DNA of 64,000 nt from Amoebidium appalachense (GCA_963693365.1 CAVNZM010000007.1:5453962-5517961); one strand, 5' to 3'. Positions 1 through 18,946 are shown, numbered from the stretch's first letter. Translations and numbers: made by a program. The notes: generated by a model not told the origin, from the sequence alone.

Positions 1-119
1 CCACCATCCACCCACCCTCCCTCCACCTCCCTCCTCACCCTTCCCCCCGCCCTTCTTTGTCCCCCTCCCCTCCTCGCCCCTCCCTCCCCCCGCCCCTCTC
101 CCTCCCCACACACACACAG

Positions 120-573
120 CACGGTGAGTGTTCGCCGCAACGTCGTCTGGGCCGTATCCAACCTCTGCCGTGACCAGACGCAACCCAACCTCCACCGCGT
201 CATTGACGCCATTCCCGTTCTCCGGCGTCTCCTCCCTGCGGCGGGGGGCGACCCCTCGCTCATGCAACAGATTGACGAGGAGATATTGACGGATACGTGC
301 TGGGCCATGAGTCACGTGACTGACGATAAAAATAGCGTCGAGATGGTCATGCAGAGGGCCCCCGATTTGGTCATGTGCATGGTGGGCCTGCTGCTGCATC
401 ATGCGAGCTATGTGCAGGTGAGTTCTGATGTTTTTAATGTTGCATTTAATTTTAATTTTTGTAGTTTTGTTTTTTAATGGAGCTTTGCGGTCTTGCTCCT
501 CCCTTTTCACTACATCATGATGCCCGCTGTTATAGAGTTGATTATAATTAAGCAGTTCGTATTAATATTTGTC

Positions 574-614
<41 letters not shown>

Positions 615-744
615 CCTGCCCCTCATTCACTAGTGTTCTTCTCTTCATGGGTTTGGGCTCTTTGAAACTTGCACAAACACACACGTACATCAGCGCACGC
701 ACACGCACACGCACACGCACACGCACACGCACACGCACACGCAC

Positions 745-841
<97 letters not shown>

Positions 842-2353
842 CCTGTTGTGCGTTACACACACAAGGTCCCCCTCCCACACATACACATCAGTGATATCTC
901 CAACCTGGACTCCCCCCCCCCCCCCCCTCTCCCCCCCCCCCCGCCCATTATAACATGCAGATTGCGATTCTTTCTTGTTTCATATGACCCATTTTTCAAT
1001 CTCTCTCGCTCCCCCCCCCCCCCCCTCCCCCGCGCGCCGCCCGCTGGATGCCGCTCTTTTGTGAATGTATGCTTCGTGTACTCAATGACTTATTTATAAC
1101 CTCCGTCCCTCTTTGCTGCAAACCATTCTTTCCATTGTGCGCCGTAAAATTTGCAGCTTTTGTATTCGTTAACACAAATTCACACATTCTAATCGGCGTC
1201 ATTCCGCCCAATCGCAGACGCCCGTTCTCCGCACGATCGGCAATGTCGTGTACGGGTCGGACCGCTACACGCAGGACGCCATCGACTGTGGGGTGATACC
1301 GAACCTCGTGCTGCTGCTGGACAGCCCGAAGAGGAACATTAGGAAGGAGGCAGCATGGTCCCTCAGCAATATATGCACTGGGCCGGAGCACCACATACAG
1401 GTGCATGTTTTGTTTGTTTGTTTGTTTTTTGCCCTTTTTTTGGTTTTTTTTTGGGGGGGGGGGGGGGGCAGGCGACGGAAGGGGTTATTTAGAAGGTTTT
1501 TGCGTTTGACGTATGTGCAACATGTGTGCACACACTCATGCATGCACGTGCACGCACACACGCACATACACACACACGCGCGCTTTTGTATGTGTGTGTG
1601 TTTGGGGGGGGGGGGGGGGGGGGGGGGGGCTTAGCCTCTAGCCCTTCTGTGAATTCCTGTGCACAGGGGCGTTTATTCCTTTTGGATGTTGGTGAGGGGC
1701 TCGGTGGTGAGTGTGTATATGCGCGCATGCACGTCCGCGTGTGTTGTGGGTGTGGGTATGTGTGTGGTTTTTTTAATTTTTCATTATTATTTATTTATTT
1801 ATTGTTCATTTGTGGTGGGGGGGGGGGGGGGGTTGTGCGTGCATGCCTGCTTGCCAGCGTGTGTGGGTGCATGTGTCCATGAACACGCACGTGCAAGCGT
1901 CCGCATACGCATTTGTGAATACAGATACAAGGAAAGGGGACGGGAGAATGGAATGCGACAAGTCATTTGGAAACAAGGCTGGCCAAATTGGTTTTTTTTT
2001 TGGGGTGGTTTGGTTGAAGTGTGGGTATAGGTGTGGAACCGGTGGCTGTGTGTGTGTGCTGAGGCGTCAAATGTTTTTTAACTTGTTGTGCTCGTACTTG
2101 GTGTTCACCTTTTGTGCGGCCAGCAGATGTTTGTTTGTTTTTTGGACAGAGAACATCCACAAAACACCTTAGTTGCATCTACTTAGAAACTTGATTAAGC
2201 CAGCCTTCGCTCTCTCCTCTCCACCGATCCACAGGACTAATCTCTTCTTTGACACACACGCAAGCACGCACACCACATGTACAAGCACACACAAACATAC
2301 ACACACACCACACAACCATCCATTCTCCCACCAACCCCCCTCCCCCCTCTCCC

Positions 2354-2426
<73 letters not shown>

Positions 2427-2468
2427 CGCATCTCCTCCCCCCCTCGCCCCCTCCCCCCCCCCCCAAAA

Positions 2469-2512
<44 letters not shown>

Positions 2513-3099
2513 CGGTGATTCAAGCCAACGCCGTTCCCAAGGTGCTCAAGCTGTTTGGGGGGGACGACCACTGCGTGGTGAAGGAGGCGGCCTGGTGCAT
2601 TGCAAATATATCCTGCGGCACAAAACCACAGGTGCAATATCTCGTCGAGCGAGGGGGTGCCGCGGCGCTCGCAAAAGTTTTGGTGGACCAGCCGCAGGCA
2701 CGGGACGTGGCGAAAATCTGCCTCGAGGGGCTCCTCAATTTGCTTCAGGTCGTTGGGGGTTGCGGATATCGCAGGGAGTATATGGAGACGGTGTGCCCGG
2801 GGAGCGTTCGGGTGATTGAAGAGTTGGCGGAATGCGGGGATGAGGTGGTTTGCGGTGTGGGGAAGTACCTTTTGCACACGCTTTTGAACGATACGTTGAT
2901 GCTGAAATGCGCCTATGCACTGCGGAAGAGGGGGATGGTCGGGCCCAAAACGCTGGCGGTGATCCCCCTAGAACTGAGGGGTCTGGTAAGGCCGTGGGGG
3001 GAGTGCGAGAGGGAAAGGGAGAGGGAGGGGTTTGATTTCAATGGGGGGATGAAGTCCTTTTGGAGAGGTGGGGAGGGGGCTGCTATGGGTGGGTATTGA
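120..3099 (+). CDS. Divergent importin-alpha-like ARM-repeat protein, 3' part (exons ~120-417, 1218-1400, 2512-3099); 5' exons lie upstream of the window
   Basis: Phase-0 GT-AG joins give [13 protein letters not shown]...[15 protein letters not shown]...|[19 protein letters not shown]...[18 protein letters not shown]|AVIQANAVP...[20 protein letters not shown], the characteristic importin-alpha ARM4-10 series with WxxxN motifs; stop at 3097-3099. Confidence 0.85.
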
Positions 3100-3130
3100 G
3101 AATGGGGTGAGGGGTCACATTTTTTTTTTT

Positions 3131-3171
<41 letters not shown>

Positions 3172-5093
3172 GGGGGAAGGGGGGTTCGATTTCCCCCCCC
3201 GGGCGTTGGGGGGGGAGGGGGGTCCGTTTGGAAGTTGAAAGATGGGACGGTTGGCCTGAAGGTGTGTTGTATTCTATCTATCTCATTTCGTAAGGTATAT
3301 TCCAATTTTTATTACCTCGGCGCCTATTCGTATGTTTTTTATCAAGGAATCACGCTTTGGGAAGACCCGGCATGTCCCTTGTGTTTTCCGCAGATATGCA
3401 GAGTCGTGTTTCAGCATCAGCGAGACTTTCAGGATATATATCCAAGGCTAGACCTCTAAAATACTTGTACCAGGTTTATGGCAATGAACAGACTCATCGT
3501 TCATGCCAATTAGATCTATTTCCCTCTATGCACCGTGCATTTTAGATATGACTGCACCATTACAGTCAGTGACACAAATGAATGCGAAAACTTAGATATT
3601 TTTGCGCAAAGGGTGTTGTTGTATTTATGTGGTTTTGAGGGGGAGAAGAATGATGTTTATCGAGCCGTTGATGAAGGTTTACTTATCTCCATAATGCAAT
3701 ATGTCCTTGGAGATAGTTTTGCGTGATTTAGATATCTGTAAATAGTTGGCTTGTGTAAAGTATGTGAGAAGTAGAGAGAGCAGGAGGTTTTGGATTTCCG
3801 GTTGGTCCCGATTTATTCGTAGATATGAACACATGGATGTGCAGCCATTTTGATAATGTTTACCGTTGGCGGGATATATGAACTTATGGGTTGGACATGT
3901 CTGTAGCTATATGTGAAATATCTACACATGAAAATAAATGCGCAAAAAATATAGACGTGGGAATATATATACTGGTGATATCTTGCTGGTTTGTGTTCAA
4001 ACTTTCAAGAATAGTTCAAAAAAGAGCTTTATATCTGATCCATCTGGATGATTCACACCATGTGTCGTGTAGGAGTCGGTGAGATATAAGCTTCAGATAT
4101 ATGACGGTATTACCTGAGATCAATGAATCAAGCTGGTGTATGCTGTGTGTTCATGCTAATGTTTTGCACGTGTGTTTGTGTGTGTGTGTGTGTGAGTGTG
4201 TGTTTGTGTACGTGACACCGTGTCTACACATGTGCACATGTACGCGTGTACATGTGCGCGCACATGCCGTATGTACACTGGGGTACTCGTGAGTGTATGC
4301 AGCTGCATACGCGTGTGGCGTGTGGATGGGTAGGCGCGTGTGTACATGGTACAACTTTGTGTGTGTGTGTGTGTGTGTGTGTGTGAACGATAGCGTGTGT
4401 GCACGTGTGGCATACTCTGCCATGGTGCACTTGTTTGTGTGTGTCACAGTTAAACTTTGTACGTCGTGAAGGAGTGTACGTATGCATATGTCGGCCCACA
4501 CGTACTCATGACTGTATGTGTGTGCGGCGCTTCATGTGTGCTTGAAAATCTGTGTGTGTGTGTGTGTGTGTGCATGTCCCGGACGGATATGCACCTGTGA
4601 CTGTGGATGCCTAACATGCAAGTATTCATCTGTACCATTTAGGTGCACCTACACAGCGTGGGTGCAGGCTTATTTATTATTGTATAGCCACTGGTTCAAA
4701 TCTAGATCTCTGTTCTCTTCTCGTATTGGTCAAGTATCACGTGTCCATCAAACCGCCCCTAACAATGTCAGGCAGTCATATCCAATCATCATTACATGTT
4801 CTCGTGACATTAAAACCCATTATACATAGATTATAGATTTGACATAAGGGGAATCATTGCACTTTATTAGCCACTCATAAGCTTAACCCGCATTAGTGAA
4901 CTTTAATGCAATCCATTAAATCAACACTACATTATTCCCTTTTTTTTTTTTTTTTTTTACTGAACCTTACATTCCGTACCCGATGAGTAACTTAACAATT
5001 TTTAAAACACGGAAACTCTACTTCCTGTTTCCAAATCGGCAAGGTTTTGTAAAGCCGGGCGCCATCGTCATGATGTAGGCTGATCCCTCCTCC

Positions 5094-5154
<61 letters not shown>

Positions 5155-5473
5155 CCCCCCAAAAAAAAAAAAAAAAAAAAAAAACGGGGAACCCCAACTA
5201 ATTGATTTTTTCTTAGTCTTTATGGTGTCTCGTAGAGAAAGTAAACCCTGATATATAGTCATCACCCGACATCTATGTACGTGATCATGATATACCGCTG
5301 AGGGGATATTCTGAGCAAAAACCCCCCATACCTGAGACTGGTCTTTCTTTGCCTCGAGTAAACAGTGTAAACCCCCAAATACTACTTGGCTATGAAATAT
5401 TCCAGCTTTGTCATACACATTATCTAAAACTTTTTTTGTTGTTGCGTTTGTTGGCTCTGTTGTTGTTTTCTCT

Positions 5474-5521
<48 letters not shown>

Positions 5522-5574
5522 CCGAGAGGGTTATTATCTTCGGATAAGGTGAAGGTTGGGGCCCCGGGGGGAGG

Positions 5575-5614
<40 letters not shown>

Positions 5615-5663
5615 ATGCCAAACTTCATAATTCACCCTATCTTGTATTAAAATTTCGAATATC

Positions 5664-11267
<5,604 letters not shown>

Positions 11268-12070
11268 ATTGAAAAGGAAAAAACGAAGACGGGAAAAAAG
11301 TTTTTTATCGTCTTTGAAACGTGTTGTGTGGATGAAAGACTCCGCGAATAATACCCACTGTGTCGCTGATGTCAGCTGGCTTGCCTCACTGGATCGTCTT
11401 TTTTACAACGTAACTTTTGGTCCCGGAATTATTTGTATACACCTCTGCACGTAGAACCCTTTTATCATCACTGAGTTTCGATCATGGTTACGCTAGCTAT
11501 ATTGCGGTTATCTTGCTGAGCATGTTGTACACGGTACATGTACGTTCCGCTAAATGGTAGACACCTTTTGCACCATAGGAGCGCCAAAGAGCACTCAAAC
11601 GCCCGCACAAACAGAACACCTCCTCCTGACAACTTTGTACAACAACTGATTTCGTTTTTATTTGTGAAGTCTCATGCAAGTAAACAGAGTGAACAGGCTG
11701 AACTTCTCCGGAAAACTTTCAAAGGCTTTTTTTTGAACCAAGTGGCAAGGTGTATGCAAAGGAATGTGTGTACTGCACATTCATTGGACGTCATTTTGGC
11801 GCCAAAAATCATAGTGCGGCTTTGATTGGCTCATTTTTATTTTGGGAATGCTGCATGTTTATACATCACACGTGCACGTGGGCACCAGAACAGGGCCAAA
11901 ATATAGGCCGTATAATTTAGTAAACCAGAACAGAACACACAGAAGAAATACTATGAGGACTGGTGAAACCAAGAACACTATAAGAATTATGTACAAACCC
12001 AACCAGCCAACCGCAACTGCATGAAAATGTGGCTTCAAGATGTCTTGCGATTGTGAACAGTGACTAATAA

Positions 12071-12125
12071 GTAATGGCCCACGGCCATCTAGAAACACCG
12101 TGTCTAGATGGCCGTGGTAATGGCC
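12071..12125. mobile_element. 37-bp palindromic mini-element (14-bp TIR CACGGCCATCTAGA) with 9-bp direct flanks GTAATGGCC
   Basis: GTAATGGCC | CACGGCCATCTAGA AACACCGTG TCTAGATGGCCGTG | GTAATGGCC, read directly from the sequence. Confidence 0.75.
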
Positions 12126-12844
12126 AAAAGAAAACGAAGAAAACAAAAAGAATCCTGCAGAAAAGAAACAAAAAGAATCCTGCATGGAGTGAGCAACGTG
12201 TGAAGCTGGTGCCAATGAACAGGCGTGCCACAATACTCATCATCAGTCACCGCACAAAAGAAAGATGCTGGGCTGGGTTCCAGTCTGCATGTCCATTTTA
12301 GGGGCGCTCGTGCATTATGGGCCCCTCTCCCCTCCCCTTCACCTTCCCCCTCCCCCCTCCCCCGTCCACCCTCCCCCCTCTTCCCCCGCAATAAAACGCT
12401 TTCCCTCCCCCCTCCCGAGCGCCTCCCCTCCCCCCCCCCCCCCCTCCCCCCTCTCTTTTTCCGTCCCCAGCCCCCCCAAGCAACCATCACTGTGGCATCC
12501 CTCACCACTACCTCCAGGATCAGCAGCAGATCCTCCAATCAACTGTGAAAGCGCTGCCTGGCCACTGCTACCACCAACACCACCAACAAAAGTGTCAACC
12601 GCGCACACCAAAAAAACAGGGAGAGGGAAAGCGAGAGGGGCGCAGAGGGAGTGGGAGAAAGAGAGAGAGAAAAAACGTGGGGGGGAAAGGGGGGGGGGGG
12701 GGGGGGGGGGAGGCCAAGGGGGAGGGAGGCAGGGGGCAAGAGGGAGGAAGGGAGGGAGCTTTAGAAAGAGATACAATTTCTCGGCCGGAAGTGGAGAGGG
12801 GGAGGGGGGGGAGGGGGGAGGCTGCCCAATGTGTATGTGTGTGT

Positions 12845-12888
<44 letters not shown>

Positions 12889-14132
12889 GAGGGAGAAAGG
12901 GGGTAGAAGAAAGAAGCGTCCGAATCTCTCAGACGAGTGATATGATGCACAGATCCTAAAAGTGAACTTGATAACTCGGGTACTCACGCCGGGCTGGCCG
13001 TAGAAGTGGGGTAACTTTTCTTAATCATTCATTAAGAAAACCAGTTGTCGCGACGTCCAACCTATCCGCCTAGAACCTTGCTCAACCCCTGTGGTGCAAG
13101 AAAGCTATTACGTAGGAAGACGAGAAAAAATACACCTCAAGTCTATGAACAATGCACGTGCATGGCACACACGCACCCAACAGTGACAAGACACTCTGTT
13201 GTGATGACATACAGGTCAGATGAACATCATACATACTATCTGCTCGAAGACTCCCCTATGGACGCGTAAGCTTGCCCTACGGGGCTGATAAAACACCAGC
13301 ACACATGAGCGTCAATGGTGGCCCACTGTGTCTTATTATTAGTGTGTGGGCCGCTCGAAGGATGCCAAGAAAGGCTGCTGGGAGGGTCAAATAATGTAAT
13401 AAGTTGTTAGCCTCATCCAGCAACCCTAAGCTATGGTGTGTGCTTATGGGCAATTTTTGCTCCCGTTGCTCAGCCCAATGCTCATATGGATGTGAGAAGC
13501 ATATGCATAAGAAATTTCTCGTGCTGCCTTCATTTCTTGTTCACACGTTCTTCCCCATTCTGTTCTGTTTGAGCGAGACAAAAACTTGACTGGAGCAGCC
13601 GCCCCGAGCAGCCCGGCACCGCCGAGCCTGCAACGGCTCAGCTGCTGTCACCGTTCCGGGCCAGTGCGAAGCGCACCAAAAGCTCGATCCACCCAAATCG
13701 AACCGAACTTGAGTCATATGGCCCGGGTCCTTCCTAAGTTTGCTTTTTTCCTCTTTGGAGATGCAGACAGACATATCACTTGTTCCTGGTTTACCATCAC
13801 ATTTTTTACATGAAGTTTGGTGCAAAAACAATATAAAACAACGTCGGGCTCTATAGCCTACTCAGTATAGTATAGGCCGTATCCAATACATCCAAGTTGT
13901 CAGTGGAGTTTCGGGCCACATCATCCGAGCCTCTCTGTAAGAATGGTTCGGCGAGCGGATCGGGTCGGATAGTAGCCCGACTCGCCAACGTCTCCTCAAT
14001 ATATAAAGCAGCAGCGGGTGGCAGACAAAGTGGCAGACTTGTTCACTTTGTGCGCAGAAGTGACGTGTTGAATTCAAGGCAAAGATTTTTCCGGTCAAGG
14101 TGACTTCAAGACGACGTCCGCAGCAGCAAACA

Positions 14133-14807
14133 ATGGGTTACTGTATCCTCTACGTGAGTAAGCCTGTCGACGATGCGGGCTGAGCCACCTTCAAGCTAAA
14201 CATGGCACGCCTACTCACCGATGTGCAGCATGTCGAGGGCATCGACCTTGTGTTTGAGAACCCACCCGACGTTTACAATCTGCCCATCATCCACTCGGAG
14301 TTTGTGTCCTTCAACGGTTGTGGGGAGCACTCGTGTGAGGATTTCTTCGCCCTCAAAGATGCGCGCGGTCCGACGTACATCAAGACTAATTGGCGCCCCT
14401 ATGATCTTGCTGTGAAGGCCGCCCTTAAGCTTCTCCTTTTGTGGGATGTTGACGGTCTGGTGCAGGTCAAAAGTGAAGACGATTCGCTCGACGAATTCAA
14501 CTACGGGTTTGGACGTGCATATGACGCCGTTCTTCGTTCCGGCTGCGTGCTGTCTAGCCCAGAAAACGTTAAATGGTTCATGCAAGAGGAACGCACACGC
14601 ATTGAGACGACAGCTGACCTTCCTCCTGATGACTCGCTGGAAGACTTCTACTGCCCAGAACAGCTCTACGAGATGGGAAACGACTATTCTTTCCGTAAAC
14701 TTCGGCTGGAGGCATACCGGCGCATGCTCGTCACTGCTCCCATGGTGCCCCACCCTCTCCTCAACAAGATCATTCCTGTCGACCCACCCAACTATCCCAA
14801 GCCCTGA
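14133..14807 (+). pseudogene. Intronless uncharacterised-family gene, copy 1 (MGYCILY...FNG...KTNWRPYDLAVKAAL); in-frame TGA at 14181 and a +1 shift near the 3' end
   Basis: Aligns closely with copy 2 at nucleotide level; TGA sits where copy 2 has TGG; the ORF from ATG 14202 (201 aa) stays open; TATA-like ATATAAAG near 14001. Confidence 0.65.
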
Positions 14808-15292
14808 GAATGCGTATTTCTAGTTCTGTTAACACGCATGGGTGCGATTGACTCAGAACTTACTAAAGTACGGTTTTAGCTGCCCGGATGCATACATGAT
14901 AATTCCGGTTTGCCCTAGGCTTGCACTGCCACGGTGACCCTCAACCACCGTGACGGATACGTAGGGATGTTTGTAAATATTGTTTATTGTTCTTTGATTG
15001 TGTTGCTTGTACATACGAGTGGAACCTGTTAAATGGCTGCGGTTACTGGTGGAAACAATAGTTGATATATCGGGACGATGTCTTACCAAAATCAAAAATC
15101 AGTTAAACAGTGTTATTGTCTAGCGTAAACATCCATGCAATACTACTACTATTGATCGTGAGACATCTCAGCTGCCGGGATCTATTCAGTAAAGCCAAAT
15201 GATTGTCTTCCGACAAATTGAATTGGTGAAAGTTCAAGTTGAAGCTGCCTGCAGGGAGGTGAGGCTTTGCAATTGTGTGTGTGGGGGGGGGA

Positions 15293-15332
<40 letters not shown>

Positions 15333-15911
15333 ACCCGGGGAGGGGACAGAGGGGGCAGGGGTCTGGATAAGAGGGGAAGAGCTGGAGGGCCAGGGGGAAG
15401 GGGGGGGGGGGGGGGGGGGGGGGGGAGGGGGGGGGGGAGGGCTTGAAAGGTAAGGAGCAGTGAAGGGAACTCCCGGTGCTCGTGGGTGTTGCATACTGTA
15501 GTCTTGATCGATCGATCGTGACTCGTGACCGTAGCATGTGTACGTACCTGTATACAAGACCGTCGCCGTGCGACGTGTGTGAAAGATGCCGCAGTGTATT
15601 CAACTTGCTTGGCTCCTGGGCCAATTGAAAGGACCACACAGCCGCAGTGAGCCGATGCTTGAGATGTGCAAATGGGTAGCCGGCTGCGGCTATTAGTACT
15701 GCAACGCATTGGAATGAAGTTTTGCGAGTGAGGCTGGGCCCCACTGGTGTCCACAGCAATAAATAGTGCGTAAACCCCAAATGTTACCACGAAAGCTGTC
15801 TGGGATAAGCACGTGCGTGTGCTTAACAATGTGTGCCACCTTTGTGTGTATGCAATTTGTGTGTGTGTGTTTGTGACATGTCTTTGTGGACGACATCTGC
15901 AACTTCAAAAA

Positions 15912-16720
15912 ATGGGTTACTGCATTCACTACAGTACGTGGTTAAGCCTGTCGACAATGCGGGCTGGTCCACCTTCAAGATGGACATGGCACGCCTACTC
16001 ACCTATGTGCAGCATGTCGAGGGCATCAACCTTGTGTTCGAGCACCAGGCGGGCATCTACAATCTGCCCATCATCCACTCGGACTTCGTGTGCTTCAACG
16101 GTGATATGGAGGGCTCATGTGAGGACTTCTCCGCCTTCAAAGATGCGCGCGGTTCGACGTTCGTCAAGATGAATTTTCGCCCCTATGATCTTGCTGTGAA
16201 GGCCGCCCTTCTCCTTTTGTGGGATGTGGATGGAGTGGTTCAGATCTCCACTGAAGACCATTCCCTCGGTGACTTCAACTACGGATGGGGGCGTGCACAT
16301 GACGCCATTCTTCGTTCAGGCTGCGTGCTGTCTAGCCCTGAAAAAGTTAAACGGTTTATGCAGGAGGAGCGCGCACGCATTCAGTTGGAGAACCATTTCC
16401 CTGGTGGCTTCGACCACACCAATGTTCCTGAGAAATGGCGCTATGGAGCGAGACAGGAGAACGCAGCCCTTCCCGAAGTTGCTGCTTTCCGCCAGAATGA
16501 GTTGCCAGAGTGGGCCTTCCAGGCCGCCTATTTCTGCCCTGAACAGATCTACGAAATGGAAAACGGCCATCCTTACCATAAACTCTCAAATGAGGCCTGG
16601 CAGCGCATGCTTGCCACTGCTCCCTTGGTGCCCCAGCCTCTCCTCAACAAGATTATTCCTGCCAAACGGCCCGTCTTTCCCACTCCTGAGAATGCGTATT
16701 TCCCGACACGGCGTGCTTGA
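15912..16720 (+). CDS. Intronless uncharacterised-family gene, copy 2; 5-bp insertion after codon 7; main frame is open from ATG 15878 or 15978
   Basis: Paralogue of 14133-14807 with a conserved upstream context (gacgacRtcYgca...aATGGGTTAC); carries an extra internal block (GGFDHTNVPEKW...) absent from copy 1. Confidence 0.65.
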
Positions 16721-16779
16721 CTCAGTTCTGTGATGCTGCTCTACCACAATTCATTGTACAAAAGTAACTGAGGAGCAGC

Positions 16780-16811
<32 letters not shown>

Positions 16812-17299
16812 TGTTTGAATTTTTTTAATGCAGTCACTGTGTTTACAGGCAAGTTGTAAGTTGTTGGTTTGTTACATGGCCATGCAGTACACATACTCGC
16901 CTCACTATGTTGGGAACTTCGAGCTAATGTATTGTGTTAACGTTGCCTGGCTGCAACTCGGAACTTATGTACTAAGGGCATCCTAATTAGGTTGATTTAT
17001 GTAGCTGGACTTGTTTTGCAAAATACCGAACAGTTGCCACGGCCGTTAAGTGCAAGTCACTCAGCGATCAGTAGTATCCTTTCCTAAAGTATGTAGTATT
17101 CTGATTCAGAAGCAGAAAAAGTGTAACCAAGTAAACATGATATGGGTCGAGATAATCTAATCTAGCATGATTCGGCGACGAACCATTGTGCACCAGGCTG
17201 TGCACCTTGTCAGTGTGTCATGAAACATTTTTCCGAGTAAATAGCCACGAGAAGTTGTGAGTAACGTCTGCGGTACAGCAAGTGCAGGACCTGGTGAAT

Positions 17300-17689
17300 A
17301 TAAGTTGGTTTGAAAGCTTGCCTTTGCTCATGGGATGAGACATTCCTGAGGTAGTGGAAGGGGAGCTCGAGGGGTGGGAGTGGGTGGGAGTGGGTGGGGG
17401 GGGGGGAACAAGGTCCGATGATTCTGAGCATGTTTCCAGCCTGAGCTGAGTTACGCAATACAGTCTAGATCTTAAAAGCTTATGTCACTATATGATGATG
17501 ATGATAATCGTGTGCATTACATGATTATGGAACCTTCAACCTATGTCTTGGAGCGCCCACACCCAGTGAAATGGACCACAACGTTGGGTTCCCCACTGAG
17601 AACCCGACACTCCATGACCAGTTGAATGGATAAAACATACCGTTGGCTTCCCGAGAATTCATGTGTGTGTGTGTGCGTGTGTGTGCGTG

Positions 17690-17746
<57 letters not shown>

Positions 17747-18260
17747 ATGTGACGTGCGCGCACACCCACGTGTGTGTGTGCTTGTACAGCATGTGGTGCG
17801 TGCATGCGCTTCACGACGCCAACACATGCCAACGTCCACTTGTGAGTTTCAGAATCTTCAGGCACAGCAAACTCAGTCGTCTTGTCATGCAGCGCAATTC
17901 TGCACGTATAGTTTGATTTTCCCCTTCCCCCCCCCCCCCCCCCCCCCCCCCCCACCCCCACCCCCCCAACCCACCCACCCAACCCCCCCCCCCCCCCCCC
18001 CCCCCCCGCGCCCCCTCCGCCCCTCTAAAAAAATAAATAATAGAATAAAATAAATTAAAATAAAAAACATTTGCACCAATAGTTGAACATTAAAAAAAGT
18101 TTAGCAATACCAGAACTATACCAGATAATTCTGGTACGATGATATCTTCTTCTCCTTGCTTAAGACAGTTCTCCCTTGAGAACGGAGGAGTAGACTGCTT
18201 GGTTTCTTTGAAAAGCCGAAAAGTGCCATCGTGTATGTGTGGCCACAATTCCATGAAAGG
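17300..18260 (-). mobile_element. Possible highly degenerate non-LTR (RTE-like) reverse-transcriptase remnant
   Basis: HIHDG...QSTPPFSRENCLKQG..IIVPELSGIVL resembles RT motif B (FHDG...S.PF....GVKQG..L.P.LF); LELPFHYL downstream resembles F.YLG. No YADD motif found. Confidence 0.25.
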
Positions 18261-18501
18261 GCTTCGTATTAATGTGAGTATGACACGGCGTGCCGCAGTG
18301 CACATGTATGCGCCTTTTTTTTTGCGTGTGCCACGTATGTGCGTGTCTGTGTGTAGGTGTGTTGTACCTCATATGTGTTTTGTGTGTGTGGAACATGTAA
18401 AGTGAGTAAGGTGTGTCGCCGTGCGGTGTGTGTGTAAGGATGTGAGTTGTGTGTGTGTGTGTGTATGTGTGTGTATGTGTGTGTGTGTCTAAGTGTGCGA
18501 C

Positions 18502-18533
<32 letters not shown>

Positions 18534-18756
18534 TGTGTGTGTGGGTGTGTGCACGCGCACGTGCGTGCTGTGCGCGCGTGCGTGCGTACGTGAGTACGTG
18601 TGTACGTGTGTGTGCCTGTGTGTGTGTGTGTGCGTGCGCATGTGTGTGTTTGTGTGCACGCGAGTGTGTGTGTGTCACAGTGTGTGTGTGTGTGTGTGTG
18701 TGCTGGCGTGCAGGTATGTGCAGGCATGTGTACACGGTGTGTGTGCCGTGTGTGTG

Positions 18757-18824
<68 letters not shown>

Positions 18825-18946
18825 ACGTGCGTGTACGTGTGGTCCGTGCATATGAAAACAAAGAAATAACAAAAGCCAACGTGAATACGAAAGCCACAAT
18901 GATGATCTAAGCAACCCCCCCTCCCCCCCCACCCTCCCCCCCCCCC

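Noticed and set aside
1045-1100. Possible eleventh, very degenerate family-X copy in importin intron 418-1217
   Set aside because: Similarity (GGATG..CTCT, TGTGAATGT) is too weak to count, although its orientation would fit the rule.
4845-4941. Possible ~95-bp MITE with GGGAAT(C/A)AT inverted ends
   Set aside because: The inverted match is short and imperfect, with no clear TSD and no second copy in the window.
11859-12600. Hydrophobic minus-strand ORFs
   Set aside because: Low-complexity sequence, interrupted by the mini-element, with no consistent splice model or recognisable motif.
15103-15780. Minus-strand ORF starting 'MGFTHY', resembling a third inverted paralogue
   Set aside because: TTG start, no FNG or RPYD motifs downstream, and it runs into poly-C; probably coincidence.
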